From the NCBI GenBank assembly GCA_944384535.1, contig CALWTS010000005.1, positions 9,870 to 73,869 of the forward strand: 64,000 nucleotides of DNA, given 5' to 3'. The notes beneath the pieces were generated by a model, which was not told the DNA's origin, did not search any database, and saw only the letters and a program-made list of their open reading frames with translations. Position 1 is the stretch's first letter, and every line of letters begins with the position of its first letter. The translations under genes were made by a program, and so were the position numbers. Positions 18,595 through 27,080 of the stretch are shown here, piece by piece. This DNA comes from an uncultured Clostridia bacterium (GTDB lineage Bacteria > Bacillota > Clostridia > Christensenellales > UBA1242).

Positions 18595-19446
18595 ATGGTT
18601 AAGATTTGTACAGATAGTTGTGTAGATATTAATAAAAATCAATTAGAAAAGTATAATATCGAAGTTTTACCACTTTGTGTTATTTTAAAAGATAAAGAAT
18701 ATTTAGATGGTGTAGATATACAACCAAAAGATATTTTTGAGTATGTTGAAAAAACGGGTAATCTGCCAAAAACTGCTGCAAGGAGCATAGAAGATTTTAA
18801 GGAATTTTTTTTAAAACTTCTTTCTAATGGTGATGAAGTTATATACACAGGAATTTCAAGCAAGTTATCATCATCTTTTGGTTATGCATGCAAAGCAAAG
18901 GAAGAAATAAATAGTGATAAATTATTTTTGGTAGACAGTAAATCGTTATCAAGCGGTATAGGTTTATTGGTTATTTTTGCCGCAAAACTAGCTCAACAAG
19001 GGTTAGATGCTAAAACGATTTGTGAAAGATTGAAAAAACAGGCAGATTTGAATCAGGCATCTTTTGTTGTAGATAAATTAGATTTTCTTTATAAGGGTGG
19101 CAGATGTTCTGCTATGGCTAAGTTTGGAGCAAATTTGTTAAAAATTAAACCTAGATTAGAATTAAAGGATGGAAGTATTCATAATACAGGTAAGTATGTT
19201 GGTCCATTTAAAATGGTTGTAAAAAAATATATTGATGATATGTTAAAAATTCATAATAAAATTAATAATGAGTTGTGTTTTATCACTCATACTTGCAAAG
19301 ATAAAAAATTTGTTAATGATATGGTTGAACACGTTAAAAGTAAAAATTTATTTAAAGAAGTTGTTGAATCAACAGCAGGTTCTACAATATCATGTCATTG
19401 TGGAGAAAATACACTAGGTATTCTTTATTTATTGGAGGAAAATTAA
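18595..19446 (+). CDS. DegV family fatty-acid-binding protein (FakB-like)
   Basis: 283 aa with a typical DegV layout (CTDSCVDI..., GISSKLSSSF, ...GGRCS..., STAGSTISCHCGENTLGI). GGAGG lies upstream. Confidence 0.85.
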   Translation: MVKICTDSCVDINKNQLEKYNIEVLPLCVILKDKEYLDGVDIQPKDIFEYVEKTGNLPKTAARSIEDFKEFFLKLLSNGDEVIYTGISSKLSSSFGYACKAKEEINSDKLFLVDSKSLSSGIGLLVIFAAKLAQQGLDAKTICERLKKQADLNQASFVVDKLDFLYKGGRCSAMAKFGANLLKIKPRLELKDGSIHNTGKYVGPFKMVVKKYIDDMLKIHNKINNELCFITHTCKDKKFVNDMVEHVKSKNLFKEVVESTAGSTISCHCGENTLGILYLLEEN

Positions 19447-19848
19447 ATGTGTTTATTTTGTGATATTGTTGATGGTAAAATACCATCATATAAAATTTAT
19501 GAAGATGATTATACATATTCATTTTTAGATATTTCAAATGATGCCAATGGACATATATTGGTCATACCTAAAAAGCATTTTCAAAATATACTTGATTGTG
19601 ATTCAATTTATCTTTCGCATATTATGGAAACTATAAAATTAATAGGGAAACATTTAACTGAAAAATGTGGCTTTAGTGGAATTAATGTTTTGAACGCTAG
19701 TGGTAAAGAGGCTGAACAAACGGTTTTTCATCTTCATTTTCATATAATTCCAAGAAAAGCTAATGATAATATGAAGGTGTTTCCTACTTTAAGTAAAAAT
19801 GAAAAAGATATTGAAGAGTATCATAAAATTTTAAGGATTAGTCAATGA
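19447..19848 (+). CDS. HIT family (histidine triad) nucleotide hydrolase
   Basis: CLFCDIVDGKIPS N-terminus and the histidine triad HLHFHIIP. Confidence 0.9.
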   Translation: MCLFCDIVDGKIPSYKIYEDDYTYSFLDISNDANGHILVIPKKHFQNILDCDSIYLSHIMETIKLIGKHLTEKCGFSGINVLNASGKEAEQTVFHLHFHIIPRKANDNMKVFPTLSKNEKDIEEYHKILRISQ

Positions 19849-20279
19849 AAGAAGTTGTATTATACACAGATGGAGCTTGTTCCGGCAATCCCGGAAAAGG
19901 TGGTTGGTGTGCGATTTTGATGTATAATGGTAAAGAAAAAATATTATCAGGTGGAGAAAAAGAAACAACTAATAACAGAATGGAACTTACAGCAGTAATC
20001 AATGGTCTTAGTGCTTTAAAAGAAAGTTGTTTAGTCAATGTTTATAGTGATTCTGCCTATGTAGTAAATGCTTTTATAAATAAGTGGATTGATAAATGGA
20101 AAATAAATGGATGGAAATCTTCCAAGGGGCAAGTCTTAAATATTGATCTTTGGCAAAAACTATTATTTTTAACAGAAAAACATGAAATAAAGTGGTTTAA
20201 GGTTAAAGGGCATGCTGACAATAAATTTAATAATAAGTGTGATCAATATGCTCGTGAAGAGATAAACAATGTAGACTAA
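19845..20279 (+). CDS. rnhA: Ribonuclease HI
   Basis: TDGACSGNPGKGGW, NNRMELTA, SDSAYV, and GHADNKFNNKCDQYA (DEDD catalytic layout). ATGA overlap with the HIT gene. Confidence 0.9.
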   Translation: MKEVVLYTDGACSGNPGKGGWCAILMYNGKEKILSGGEKETTNNRMELTAVINGLSALKESCLVNVYSDSAYVVNAFINKWIDKWKINGWKSSKGQVLNIDLWQKLLFLTEKHEIKWFKVKGHADNKFNNKCDQYAREEINNVD

Positions 20280-20297
20280 CCATATGGGTTAGTCTAC
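20271..20297. repeat. Perfect 11-bp inverted repeat spanning both convergent stop codons
   Basis: GTAGACTAACC (20271-20281), loop ATATG, GGTTAGTCTAC (20287-20297). No flanking U-tracts. Confidence 0.6.
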
Positions 20298-20840
20298 ATT
20301 AATAAGTTTTTCATAAATTAATTCATAAATTGTTGGGGCGTTGGTTTTCCATTTATGGATAGCTTCGTTTGCAGATTGTCTAGAAGGTGCTTTAATATTT
20401 AAAACAAATATAGGAGTAGTTATCAAAGGCTCATAAATTTTTAATTCTACATTATAAGAGCCGTCATCATTTTTAGAGTATGTCGCACTATATTCTTGTG
20501 AAGATTTAACATTAAGACGGTTTGCATTGAGATAACTAGAAATTTCTTCGCGTTTAGTAAAAGGAATTCTTTTATATAGATGAGATAAACACTCTCTACC
20601 TTCGTAAGTAAGAGCAAATAATTCTTTATCATCACTTCCTGTTTTATATAAAAGGTTGCTTTCAACTAAATCGTGAATTATAGCTTTACAGTCCATATAG
20701 TTTTTTATCCATGCGTTTTTAATAGAGCAAATATCCAAAATAGAATCCTCAGTTAAGGGGATTTCCATTGTTTCTATTACAAAAAGCATAGTTAATTTGT
20801 CTAACACGATTTGTTCTTTATCGCTTAAAATTTTTTCCAT
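20289..20840 (-). CDS. Hypothetical protein, possibly a DUF4364-type winged-helix regulator
   Basis: 183 aa. The N-terminal layout (LSDKEQIVLDKLTMLFVIETMEIPLTEDSILD...DLVESNLLY) resembles Clostridial DUF4364 proteins. This is a by-eye judgement only. Confidence 0.4.
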   Translation of the reverse strand: MEKILSDKEQIVLDKLTMLFVIETMEIPLTEDSILDICSIKNAWIKNYMDCKAIIHDLVESNLLYKTGSDDKELFALTYEGRECLSHLYKRIPFTKREEISSYLNANRLNVKSSQEYSATYSKNDDGSYNVELKIYEPLITTPIFVLNIKAPSRQSANEAIHKWKTNAPTIYELIYEKLINVD

Positions 20841-20932
20841 ATTATGTACATTATAACATGTTTTTTATAGAAATCAAATTTTTTGTTTGTTTTTTTTGAT
20901 ATATATGATACAATATAAAGCGAGAGGTTATT

Positions 20933-21658
20933 ATGGATATTAAAGTAGAACAATTTATTGCATCTTGTGATGAATTAATTACTTGTAAGTTTTTAGTGGC
21001 AGAATTCAAAATTCAAAAAATGTTACAGGAATTGGCAGACACAGAAAGGGTATGTTCTCTAGTGGGGGAATGTTTAGAGGAATTTAATAGAGATAGAGAA
21101 TTTTCAAAAGCATTTATTCAAGATGGACATGGTGGTTTTGTTTGTGAGATGCCAGAAGAAGAATATAAAATAATAGCATTGGTATTCTGCACTTTAGTTG
21201 ATATTGATAATAAAAAGATTGATTTTACTGACTTTATAAAGAGATTCTTTGGAAGAAATGATAATTCTTTTGATGATTTTATAAAAACGATGATTATTCC
21301 TTTTAGAAATTTAATTGCGGAAGCTTTTGGTTATCCTAAAATAAAACTTGGAAGTGAAGAAAAATCTGAAATAACAAAAGAAAAAGAAGAGAAAGAAGAA
21401 GAAAATGAAGAACCTTCTGATGATTCAGATGAATTTTTGCTTGCTCAAAAAGTTGCAGTTCAAATATTAAGTGAGTTACAATATTTAAAAAGTGACTATA
21501 ATGCAGAAAAAGCCGCTATGATTTGTAGATCAATTGTTAAAACAGCTAATTTGAAAGATGATGAGGTTACATCTAGTTTAATTCTTGCTTTAAAAGAGTT
21601 TAAGGTAAAGTCTATAAAATTTATGGTTAAGGAATTAACAAATTTATTTAATTTATAA
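20933..21658 (+). CDS. Hypothetical protein with a central acidic linker (241 aa)
   Basis: Clean ORF with GAGAGG upstream. It has a Cys-containing N-domain and a KEKEEKEEENEEPSDDSDE linker. No recognised motif. Confidence 0.5.
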   Translation: MDIKVEQFIASCDELITCKFLVAEFKIQKMLQELADTERVCSLVGECLEEFNRDREFSKAFIQDGHGGFVCEMPEEEYKIIALVFCTLVDIDNKKIDFTDFIKRFFGRNDNSFDDFIKTMIIPFRNLIAEAFGYPKIKLGSEEKSEITKEKEEKEEENEEPSDDSDEFLLAQKVAVQILSELQYLKSDYNAEKAAMICRSIVKTANLKDDEVTSSLILALKEFKVKSIKFMVKELTNLFNL

Positions 21659-21687
21659 AAAACAGTTTTTAAAGCTGTTTTTTTATA
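21659..21687. terminator. Bidirectional terminator
   Basis: AAAAACAG-TTT / AAAGCTGTTTTTTT hairpin with one bulge, flanked by an A-run and a T-run, between convergent genes. Confidence 0.5.
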
Positions 21688-22606
21688 TTATGATAAAAAT
21701 CAAAAAACAAATGATTGTTGAAATAACAGCTTGAGTGAATTTCTGTAAAATAAATAATTTTAGTGGCATTTTTAATTTGTCTAGCATTGTTATTGATTGA
21801 ATTATTGTTGAAAGACCGCCAAAACTTATAATAAAACTTGTTGCAACAATAGAGAATATTGTGTTTGAAAAATTTGATAACTCTATACAACCTTTTGTAA
21901 TTTCAATAAAGCCTGAAAGAATACTTGAAATAAAAGGTGGAAAAAGATTTAAAATAGGATTAAGAGAGGTTATTATAACAAAAAACAGAGTTATTATTAC
22001 ACCAACTGATAAGATACTTAAAGTTGAATCAATAATAATTGTAGAGAAATTATTTTTTATTTTTATAAATTTTTCATCATTTATTTTTAAAGTATCATCT
22101 TTTACTTTTAAGTTACGATATATAATACCATTAAAAAAAGCACCAAGAATATGAGATATTAGTAATATATATCCATAAATTATATTATGAAAAAGACCTA
22201 TTCCTACTGCGCCTAAAATAAACATAGGTCCGGAAGTTGAACAAAAACTAGTCATTCTAAAAGCATCTTGTTTAGTAATTTCTCCATTTAAATATAGATC
22301 TGCAGTCATTTTTGCTCCCACTGGGTATCCAGAAATAATACTTGTAAAAAAAACATAAGATGATATAGCTGGAGTCTTGAATAAGGAATAAAATATTTTT
22401 TTAAAAAATATTGTAAATTTATTTATGCAACCTAAAGAAGAAAGAATTTTTGTTAAAACAATAAATGGCAATATGCTTGGTAGTACGTTTAAAGCCCATG
22501 CTGTTATTCCATTTAGTGTTTGTTCAATATATAATTGGGGATAGATAACCATATTTATTATTATATAAATGATAAAAATGGAAACTAATAAATTGTATTT
22601 TTTCAT
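21683..22606 (-). CDS. Nucleoside-recognition (Gate) domain membrane protein, YlbJ-like
   Basis: 307 aa and polytopic. The N-terminus YPQLYIEQTLNGITAWALNVLPSILPFIVLTKILSSLG resembles the YlbJ/SpmA-type Gate domain. Confidence 0.45.
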   Translation of the reverse strand: MKKYNLLVSIFIIYIIINMVIYPQLYIEQTLNGITAWALNVLPSILPFIVLTKILSSLGCINKFTIFFKKIFYSLFKTPAISSYVFFTSIISGYPVGAKMTADLYLNGEITKQDAFRMTSFCSTSGPMFILGAVGIGLFHNIIYGYILLISHILGAFFNGIIYRNLKVKDDTLKINDEKFIKIKNNFSTIIIDSTLSILSVGVIITLFFVIITSLNPILNLFPPFISSILSGFIEITKGCIELSNFSNTIFSIVATSFIISFGGLSTIIQSITMLDKLKMPLKLFILQKFTQAVISTIICFLIFIII

Positions 22607-22622
22607 TAATTCTCCAAAAGAT

Positions 22623-22651
22623 TTGACAATATTTTAAAGATAAAATATAAT
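22623..22651 (+). promoter_or_regulatory. Sigma-A promoter candidate for pta-ackA
   Basis: TTGACA (22623-22628), 17-nt spacer, TATAAT (22646-22651). Confidence 0.55.
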
Positions 22652-22730
22652 TACCATGTTGTGATAAATAAATTTGCTTAACTATAAACAAATATATTCA
22701 GTCTCATAAATTTTTAGAAGGAGTGTTCTA

Positions 22731-23720
22731 ATGAAGGTTAAAAATCTTTACAAAAAAGCCAAAGAACTTCAAAAAACAATAGTATTTCCAGAGGCGGCTT
22801 TTAGTACAAGAACAATTGATGCTATAAAAATTATTCAGAAAAAGAAAATAGCAAAACCAATATTGATTGGTGATGAAAGTGCATTAGTTTTAAAAGATAA
22901 ATCCCTAATAGATTTTCAAATAATAAATCCAAAAACATTTCAAAATAGGCAAGAGATAATTGATGCGTTATACGAGAAAAGAAAAGACAAAGGTGTTACA
23001 AAAGAAGATGCTGAAAACATTGCGATGGATCCTTACTACTTCTCAACATTACTAGTTGAGCTTGGGTATGCTGATGGTATGGTTGCAGGAGCTGAGGCTT
23101 CGACAGCTAATACAGTTAGACCTGCTTTGCAAATAATAAAATCGAAAAAGAAGGGAGGCGTTGTTTCTTCTTGTTTTATAATGTTTGGTAAAAATAAATT
23201 TTTAAAGGATAAATGGCTTGTTATAGCTGATTGTGGAGTTTTAGTGCATCCAAATGACGAGCAATTATATGAAATAGCTTGTCAAAGTGTAGATACTTAT
23301 AGAAGTTTAGGTTTATCTAATCCTAAAGTCGCATTTTTATCATTTTCAACGAAAGGTTCGGCAAATGATGAAAGTATAGATACTGTTAGGAAAGCTTATG
23401 AAAAATTCAAAAAAACAGGAATTGTTTGTGATGGAGAGTTGCAATTTGATGCTGCTATGGTAGAGAATGTATCAAGACATAAAAGTCCTGACAGTGAAAT
23501 AGCAGGAGATGCAAATATATTGATTTTTCCAGATTTAAACAGTGGAAATATTTGTTATAAAGCGATGCAGTATATTGGAGGATTAAAGGCTATTGGTCCA
23601 GTCTTACAGGGATTAAAAAAACCTGTTAATGATTTATCAAGGGGATGTTCAATAGAGGATATTGTTACGTTAACAGCTGTTACTGTTTTGCAAACAGTAA
23701 AAAAGGAGGAAATAAAATGA
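22731..23720 (+). CDS. pta: Phosphate acetyltransferase
   Basis: 329 aa PTA_PTB fold (IVFPEA.., GMVAGA..STANT.RPALQII, DLSRGCS), translationally coupled to ackA. Confidence 0.9.
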   Translation: MKVKNLYKKAKELQKTIVFPEAAFSTRTIDAIKIIQKKKIAKPILIGDESALVLKDKSLIDFQIINPKTFQNRQEIIDALYEKRKDKGVTKEDAENIAMDPYYFSTLLVELGYADGMVAGAEASTANTVRPALQIIKSKKKGGVVSSCFIMFGKNKFLKDKWLVIADCGVLVHPNDEQLYEIACQSVDTYRSLGLSNPKVAFLSFSTKGSANDESIDTVRKAYEKFKKTGIVCDGELQFDAAMVENVSRHKSPDSEIAGDANILIFPDLNSGNICYKAMQYIGGLKAIGPVLQGLKKPVNDLSRGCSIEDIVTLTAVTVLQTVKKEEIK

Positions 23721-24937
23721 AAATTTTAGTTATAAATGCAGGGAGCTCATCTTTAAAATTCCAGCTATTTGATATGGAAAATGAAAATGTGATAGCGAAA
23801 GGTAATTGTGAAAAGATAGGGTTAGAAGGATCTTTTATAGGTTATAAGACTAAAGGAGATAAAAAAGAAATAAATGTTAAATTAGATAATCATACAACTG
23901 CTATTAAAAAAGTGTTTGAAATTTTAACAAATAGGGAAGATGGTGTAATAACTTCTTTGAATGAAATTTCTGCAGTTGGACATAGGTTTGTACAGGGAGG
24001 TTGGTTATTTGATAAGAGTGTTTTAATTAATGAAAAAGTTTTAAAAGATTTGGAACAATTAGTTGATTTATCCCCATTACATGCGCATGCTAATATGGCT
24101 GGAGTTAAAGGATGTTTAAGTGTAATACCAAATGTTCCTCAGGTTATTGTTTTTGATACATCTTTTCATGCAACAATGCCCCCAAAAGCATATATGTATG
24201 GAATAAAATATGAAGATTATGAAAAATATCATGTAAGAAAATATGGGTTTCACGGAACTAGTCATAGATTTGTAGTAAACGAAGTTGCAAAATTACTAAA
24301 AAAAGATGTGTCTCAAGTTAAAGCAATAACTGTACACGTTGGTAATGGTTCTTCTATAACAGCTATTAAAAATGGGAAGAGTGTTGATACAACTATGGGG
24401 CTTACACCTTTAGAAGGATTGATAATGGGGACTAGATCAGGTGATTTAGATCCTACAGTGGTAAGTTATCTTGCGGATAAAAAGAAATTATCAGCAGGGG
24501 AAGTTGTTAATTATTTAAATAAGCAATGTGGTATGATGGGTATAAGTGGTGTATCCAGTGATATGAGAGAAATTAATTCTGCAATAGAAAATGGAAATGA
24601 GAGAGCAAAATTGGCTTTAGATATGCTTTGTTATAGAGTTAAAAAATATATAGGTGCTTATTTAGCCGTTTTAAATGGGGTAGATGCAATTGTTTTCACA
24701 GGAGGAATAGGAGAAAACCAAGAAAATTTAAGAGAATTAGCTCTAGAAAACATGGATTATTGCGGAATTGAAATTGATAAAGATAAAAACAATAATTTAC
24801 CTAGGGGAACTATAGAAGAGATAAGTACTCCTAATTCTAAAATAAAAGTATATAGAATTCCAACAAATGAGGAATTATTAATAGCTAGAGACACAAAAGA
24901 ATTAATTAGAGAAATCAAAAATAATTTGATACAATAA
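23717..24937 (+). CDS. ackA: Acetate kinase
   Basis: ATG 23717 follows AGGAGG and overlaps the pta stop (ATGA). MKILVINAGSSSLKFQLF, GHRFVQGG, FHGTSH, GGIGEN. The track start at 23645 lies inside pta. Confidence 0.95.
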   Translation: MKILVINAGSSSLKFQLFDMENENVIAKGNCEKIGLEGSFIGYKTKGDKKEINVKLDNHTTAIKKVFEILTNREDGVITSLNEISAVGHRFVQGGWLFDKSVLINEKVLKDLEQLVDLSPLHAHANMAGVKGCLSVIPNVPQVIVFDTSFHATMPPKAYMYGIKYEDYEKYHVRKYGFHGTSHRFVVNEVAKLLKKDVSQVKAITVHVGNGSSITAIKNGKSVDTTMGLTPLEGLIMGTRSGDLDPTVVSYLADKKKLSAGEVVNYLNKQCGMMGISGVSSDMREINSAIENGNERAKLALDMLCYRVKKYIGAYLAVLNGVDAIVFTGGIGENQENLRELALENMDYCGIEIDKDKNNNLPRGTIEEISTPNSKIKVYRIPTNEELLIARDTKELIREIKNNLIQ

Positions 24938-24951
24938 TATTAATAAAATAC

Positions 24952-24980
24952 TTGACAAATTGTTATATTATAAATATAAT
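24952..24980 (+). promoter_or_regulatory. Sigma-A promoter candidate for rpmF
   Basis: TTGACA (24952-24957), 17-nt spacer, TATAAT (24975-24980). Confidence 0.55.
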
Positions 24981-25015
24981 TTATTAGCAAGTGTAAAAGA
25001 TTTAAGGAGGAAAAA

Positions 25016-25207
25016 ATGGCTGTTCCAAAACATAAGGTTTCAAAAGCTAGAAGAAATACTAGACATTCTGCAAATTCTGTAGCTATTGCACCAACTCTTG
25101 TTGAATGTCCACAATGTCATGAAAAGAAAAGACCACACACAGTTTGTAAGAAGTGTGGAACTTATAAAGGTGAAACCATAATAGAGAAAAAAGAAGAAAA
25201 AAAATAA
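25016..25207 (+). CDS. rpmF: 50S ribosomal protein L32
   Basis: MAVPKHKVSKARRNTRHS, a zinc-ribbon CPQC...CKKCG, and AGGAGG upstream. Confidence 0.95.
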   Translation: MAVPKHKVSKARRNTRHSANSVAIAPTLVECPQCHEKKRPHTVCKKCGTYKGETIIEKKEEKK

Positions 25208-25210
25208 TAT

Positions 25211-25241
25211 AAAAACTCTTGTTATTTTACAAGAGTTTTTT
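25211..25241 (+). terminator. Rho-independent terminator after rpmF
   Basis: Stem ACTCTTGT (25215-25222) / ACAAGAGT (25229-25236) followed by TTTTT. Confidence 0.7.
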
Positions 25242-25394
25242 ATTGTATAAGTAAATGTAGTATTTTGTATCGCATACATTATACAGTATATTGATTTAAA
25301 ACACATCTTTATGCATAAATTATTTTTTTTATAAACATTTGCATAAAAAGTTTATTTTTGTTATTATTAATATATCTGATTTAGGAGTAAAATA

Positions 25395-26402
25395 ATGAAA
25401 GTTGTAATTGATGCTTTTGGTGGTGATAATGCACCTTTGGAAATTGTAGAAGGGGCAATTCTCGCTCTAAATAAACACAAAGACTTAAGTGTTATATTGT
25501 GCGGTAAAGAAGATGAAATCCGAAAAATTATTGGAAATAGAACAGATAGGATTGAAATAGTAAATGCACAAGATGTTATTACAAATGATGATCAACCTAC
25601 CTTTGCCATAAGAAACAAAAAAGATTCTTCTTTAGTTAAAGCTTACGATATTCTTAAGGAAAGAGAAGATGTTGTTGGATTGGTGAGTGCTGGAAGTACT
25701 GGTGCTGTGTTGGCTGGTGCTATTATGAAAATTGGCAGAATTAAGGGAATATCTCGTCCTGCTTTAGCACCTATATTACCTACTAAAAAAAATACAGATG
25801 TTATCATAATTGATAGTGGTGCAAATATAGATTGTAAACCAATAAACTTACTTCATTTTGCATTAATGGGCTCTGCCTATTATTCGATAATTTATAAAAA
25901 TCAAAATCCTAGAGTTGCTCTTTTAAATAATGGAACTGAAAGAGAAAAAGGAAATGAATTAGCAAAGGAAACATATCCTTTATTGGAACAAGCTCCTATA
26001 AACTTTATTGGAAATAAAGAAGGTAGGGATTTTATGAGTGGTGATATTGATGTAATGGTGTCTGATGGCTTTGCTGGTAACGCATTATTAAAGGGAACAG
26101 AGGGTGCTGTTTTAGCAGTTTTGTCAATATTGAAACATAGTATTAAAAGGCATTTTTTTAGTAAAATTGGATACCTTTTTATGAAAAAAACATTTAAAGA
26201 AGTAAAAAACAGAATTGATATTTTAGGTAAACATGGAGGATCACCTTTATTGGGTTGTAAAAAATTGATTGTTAAAAATCATGGTTCTTGCAAACGTAAC
26301 AATATTTTATCATCAATTGAGCAAACCATTATTTTATATGAAAACCATTTGAATCAGAAAATTGAGGAAGCTATTGCAAAGCTAACTATTGAGGAAAATT
26401 GA
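25395..26402 (+). CDS. plsX: Phosphate acyltransferase PlsX
   Basis: MKVVIDAFGGDNAP, SAGSTGA, DGFAGNALLK; 335 aa. Confidence 0.95.
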   Translation: MKVVIDAFGGDNAPLEIVEGAILALNKHKDLSVILCGKEDEIRKIIGNRTDRIEIVNAQDVITNDDQPTFAIRNKKDSSLVKAYDILKEREDVVGLVSAGSTGAVLAGAIMKIGRIKGISRPALAPILPTKKNTDVIIIDSGANIDCKPINLLHFALMGSAYYSIIYKNQNPRVALLNNGTEREKGNELAKETYPLLEQAPINFIGNKEGRDFMSGDIDVMVSDGFAGNALLKGTEGAVLAVLSILKHSIKRHFFSKIGYLFMKKTFKEVKNRIDILGKHGGSPLLGCKKLIVKNHGSCKRNNILSSIEQTIILYENHLNQKIEEAIAKLTIEEN

Positions 26403-26410
26403 GGTTAATT

Positions 26411-27028
26411 GTGAAAAACTTAAATTATAAATTTAAAAATCAAAAACTTTTAGAAAGGGCTTTAACCCATTCTTCAAAGTCATCTGAAAATTATGAAAGG
26501 TTGGAATTTTTAGGTGATAGTATTTTAGATTTTTTAGTTGCTGAATATTTTTATTTTAATTGTGATGAAAGTGAAGGTAAATTGACTGTATTAAGGAGTC
26601 ATTATGTTTCTGAAAACTATTTAGTTAAAATTTTTGATAATCTAAACCTTTCAAATGATATTATTTTAGGTAAAAGTTATCAAGGAGAAATATCAAAAGC
26701 TATCAAAGGAGATGTTGTTGAGGCAATTATAGGAGCTATATACATTGATGGTGGGATTAAAAAGGTAAAAGATTTTATTCGTGGTCATTTCGATCTTGAT
26801 AATTATAAAAATTTTGTTGATGATAATTATAAATCAAAATTACAAGAACTTGTACAAGGGAATTTTAAATGTAAAATGAACTATGTGACGTTACCTTATG
26901 AAAATGGTTTTAAATCATCTTTTTATATGGATGAGGATAAAATTTCAGAGGGATTTGGATTGAGCAAATTGGAAGCAGAACAATCTGCGGCTAAAATTGC
27001 TATTGAAAAATTGTTTCTTATAGGGTAA
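26411..27028 (+). CDS. rnc: Ribonuclease III
   Basis: Signature ERLEFLGDSILD plus a C-terminal dsRBD (KSKLQELVQ...). GTG 26411 (GAGG 6 nt upstream) is preferred; TTG 26399 is the alternative. Confidence 0.9.
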   Translation: MKNLNYKFKNQKLLERALTHSSKSSENYERLEFLGDSILDFLVAEYFYFNCDESEGKLTVLRSHYVSENYLVKIFDNLNLSNDIILGKSYQGEISKAIKGDVVEAIIGAIYIDGGIKKVKDFIRGHFDLDNYKNFVDDNYKSKLQELVQGNFKCKMNYVTLPYENGFKSSFYMDEDKISEGFGLSKLEAEQSAAKIAIEKLFLIG

Positions 27029-27080
27029 AATATTGAAGAGATGTTAGGTAAGTCATATTGTAAAAAAGGTAAGAGGTAAA

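Noticed and set aside
18088-18600. tRNA-Ser as a possible integration hotspot for a genomic island
   Set aside because: No integrase, no direct repeat of the tRNA 3' end and no phage or plasmid genes nearby. Only a small YjzC-like gene follows.
21669-22154. ORFs 21669..21890 (-) and 21861..22154 (+) overlapping the YlbJ-like gene
   Set aside because: They are alternative frames of a well-supported 307-aa membrane protein gene, with no independent signals.
23645-23716. N-terminal extension of ackA in the ORF track
   Set aside because: The extension lies inside pta in another frame. The canonical MKILVINAGSSSLKF start at 23717 has AGGAGG upstream and an ATGA overlap with the pta stop.
25242-25394. 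150-nt spacer between rpmF and plsX with repeated TGCATAAA words, considered as a FapR-type operator or small RNA
   Set aside because: There are only two short imperfect word repeats, no palindrome and no stable structure or terminator. No fapR is present in the expected position.
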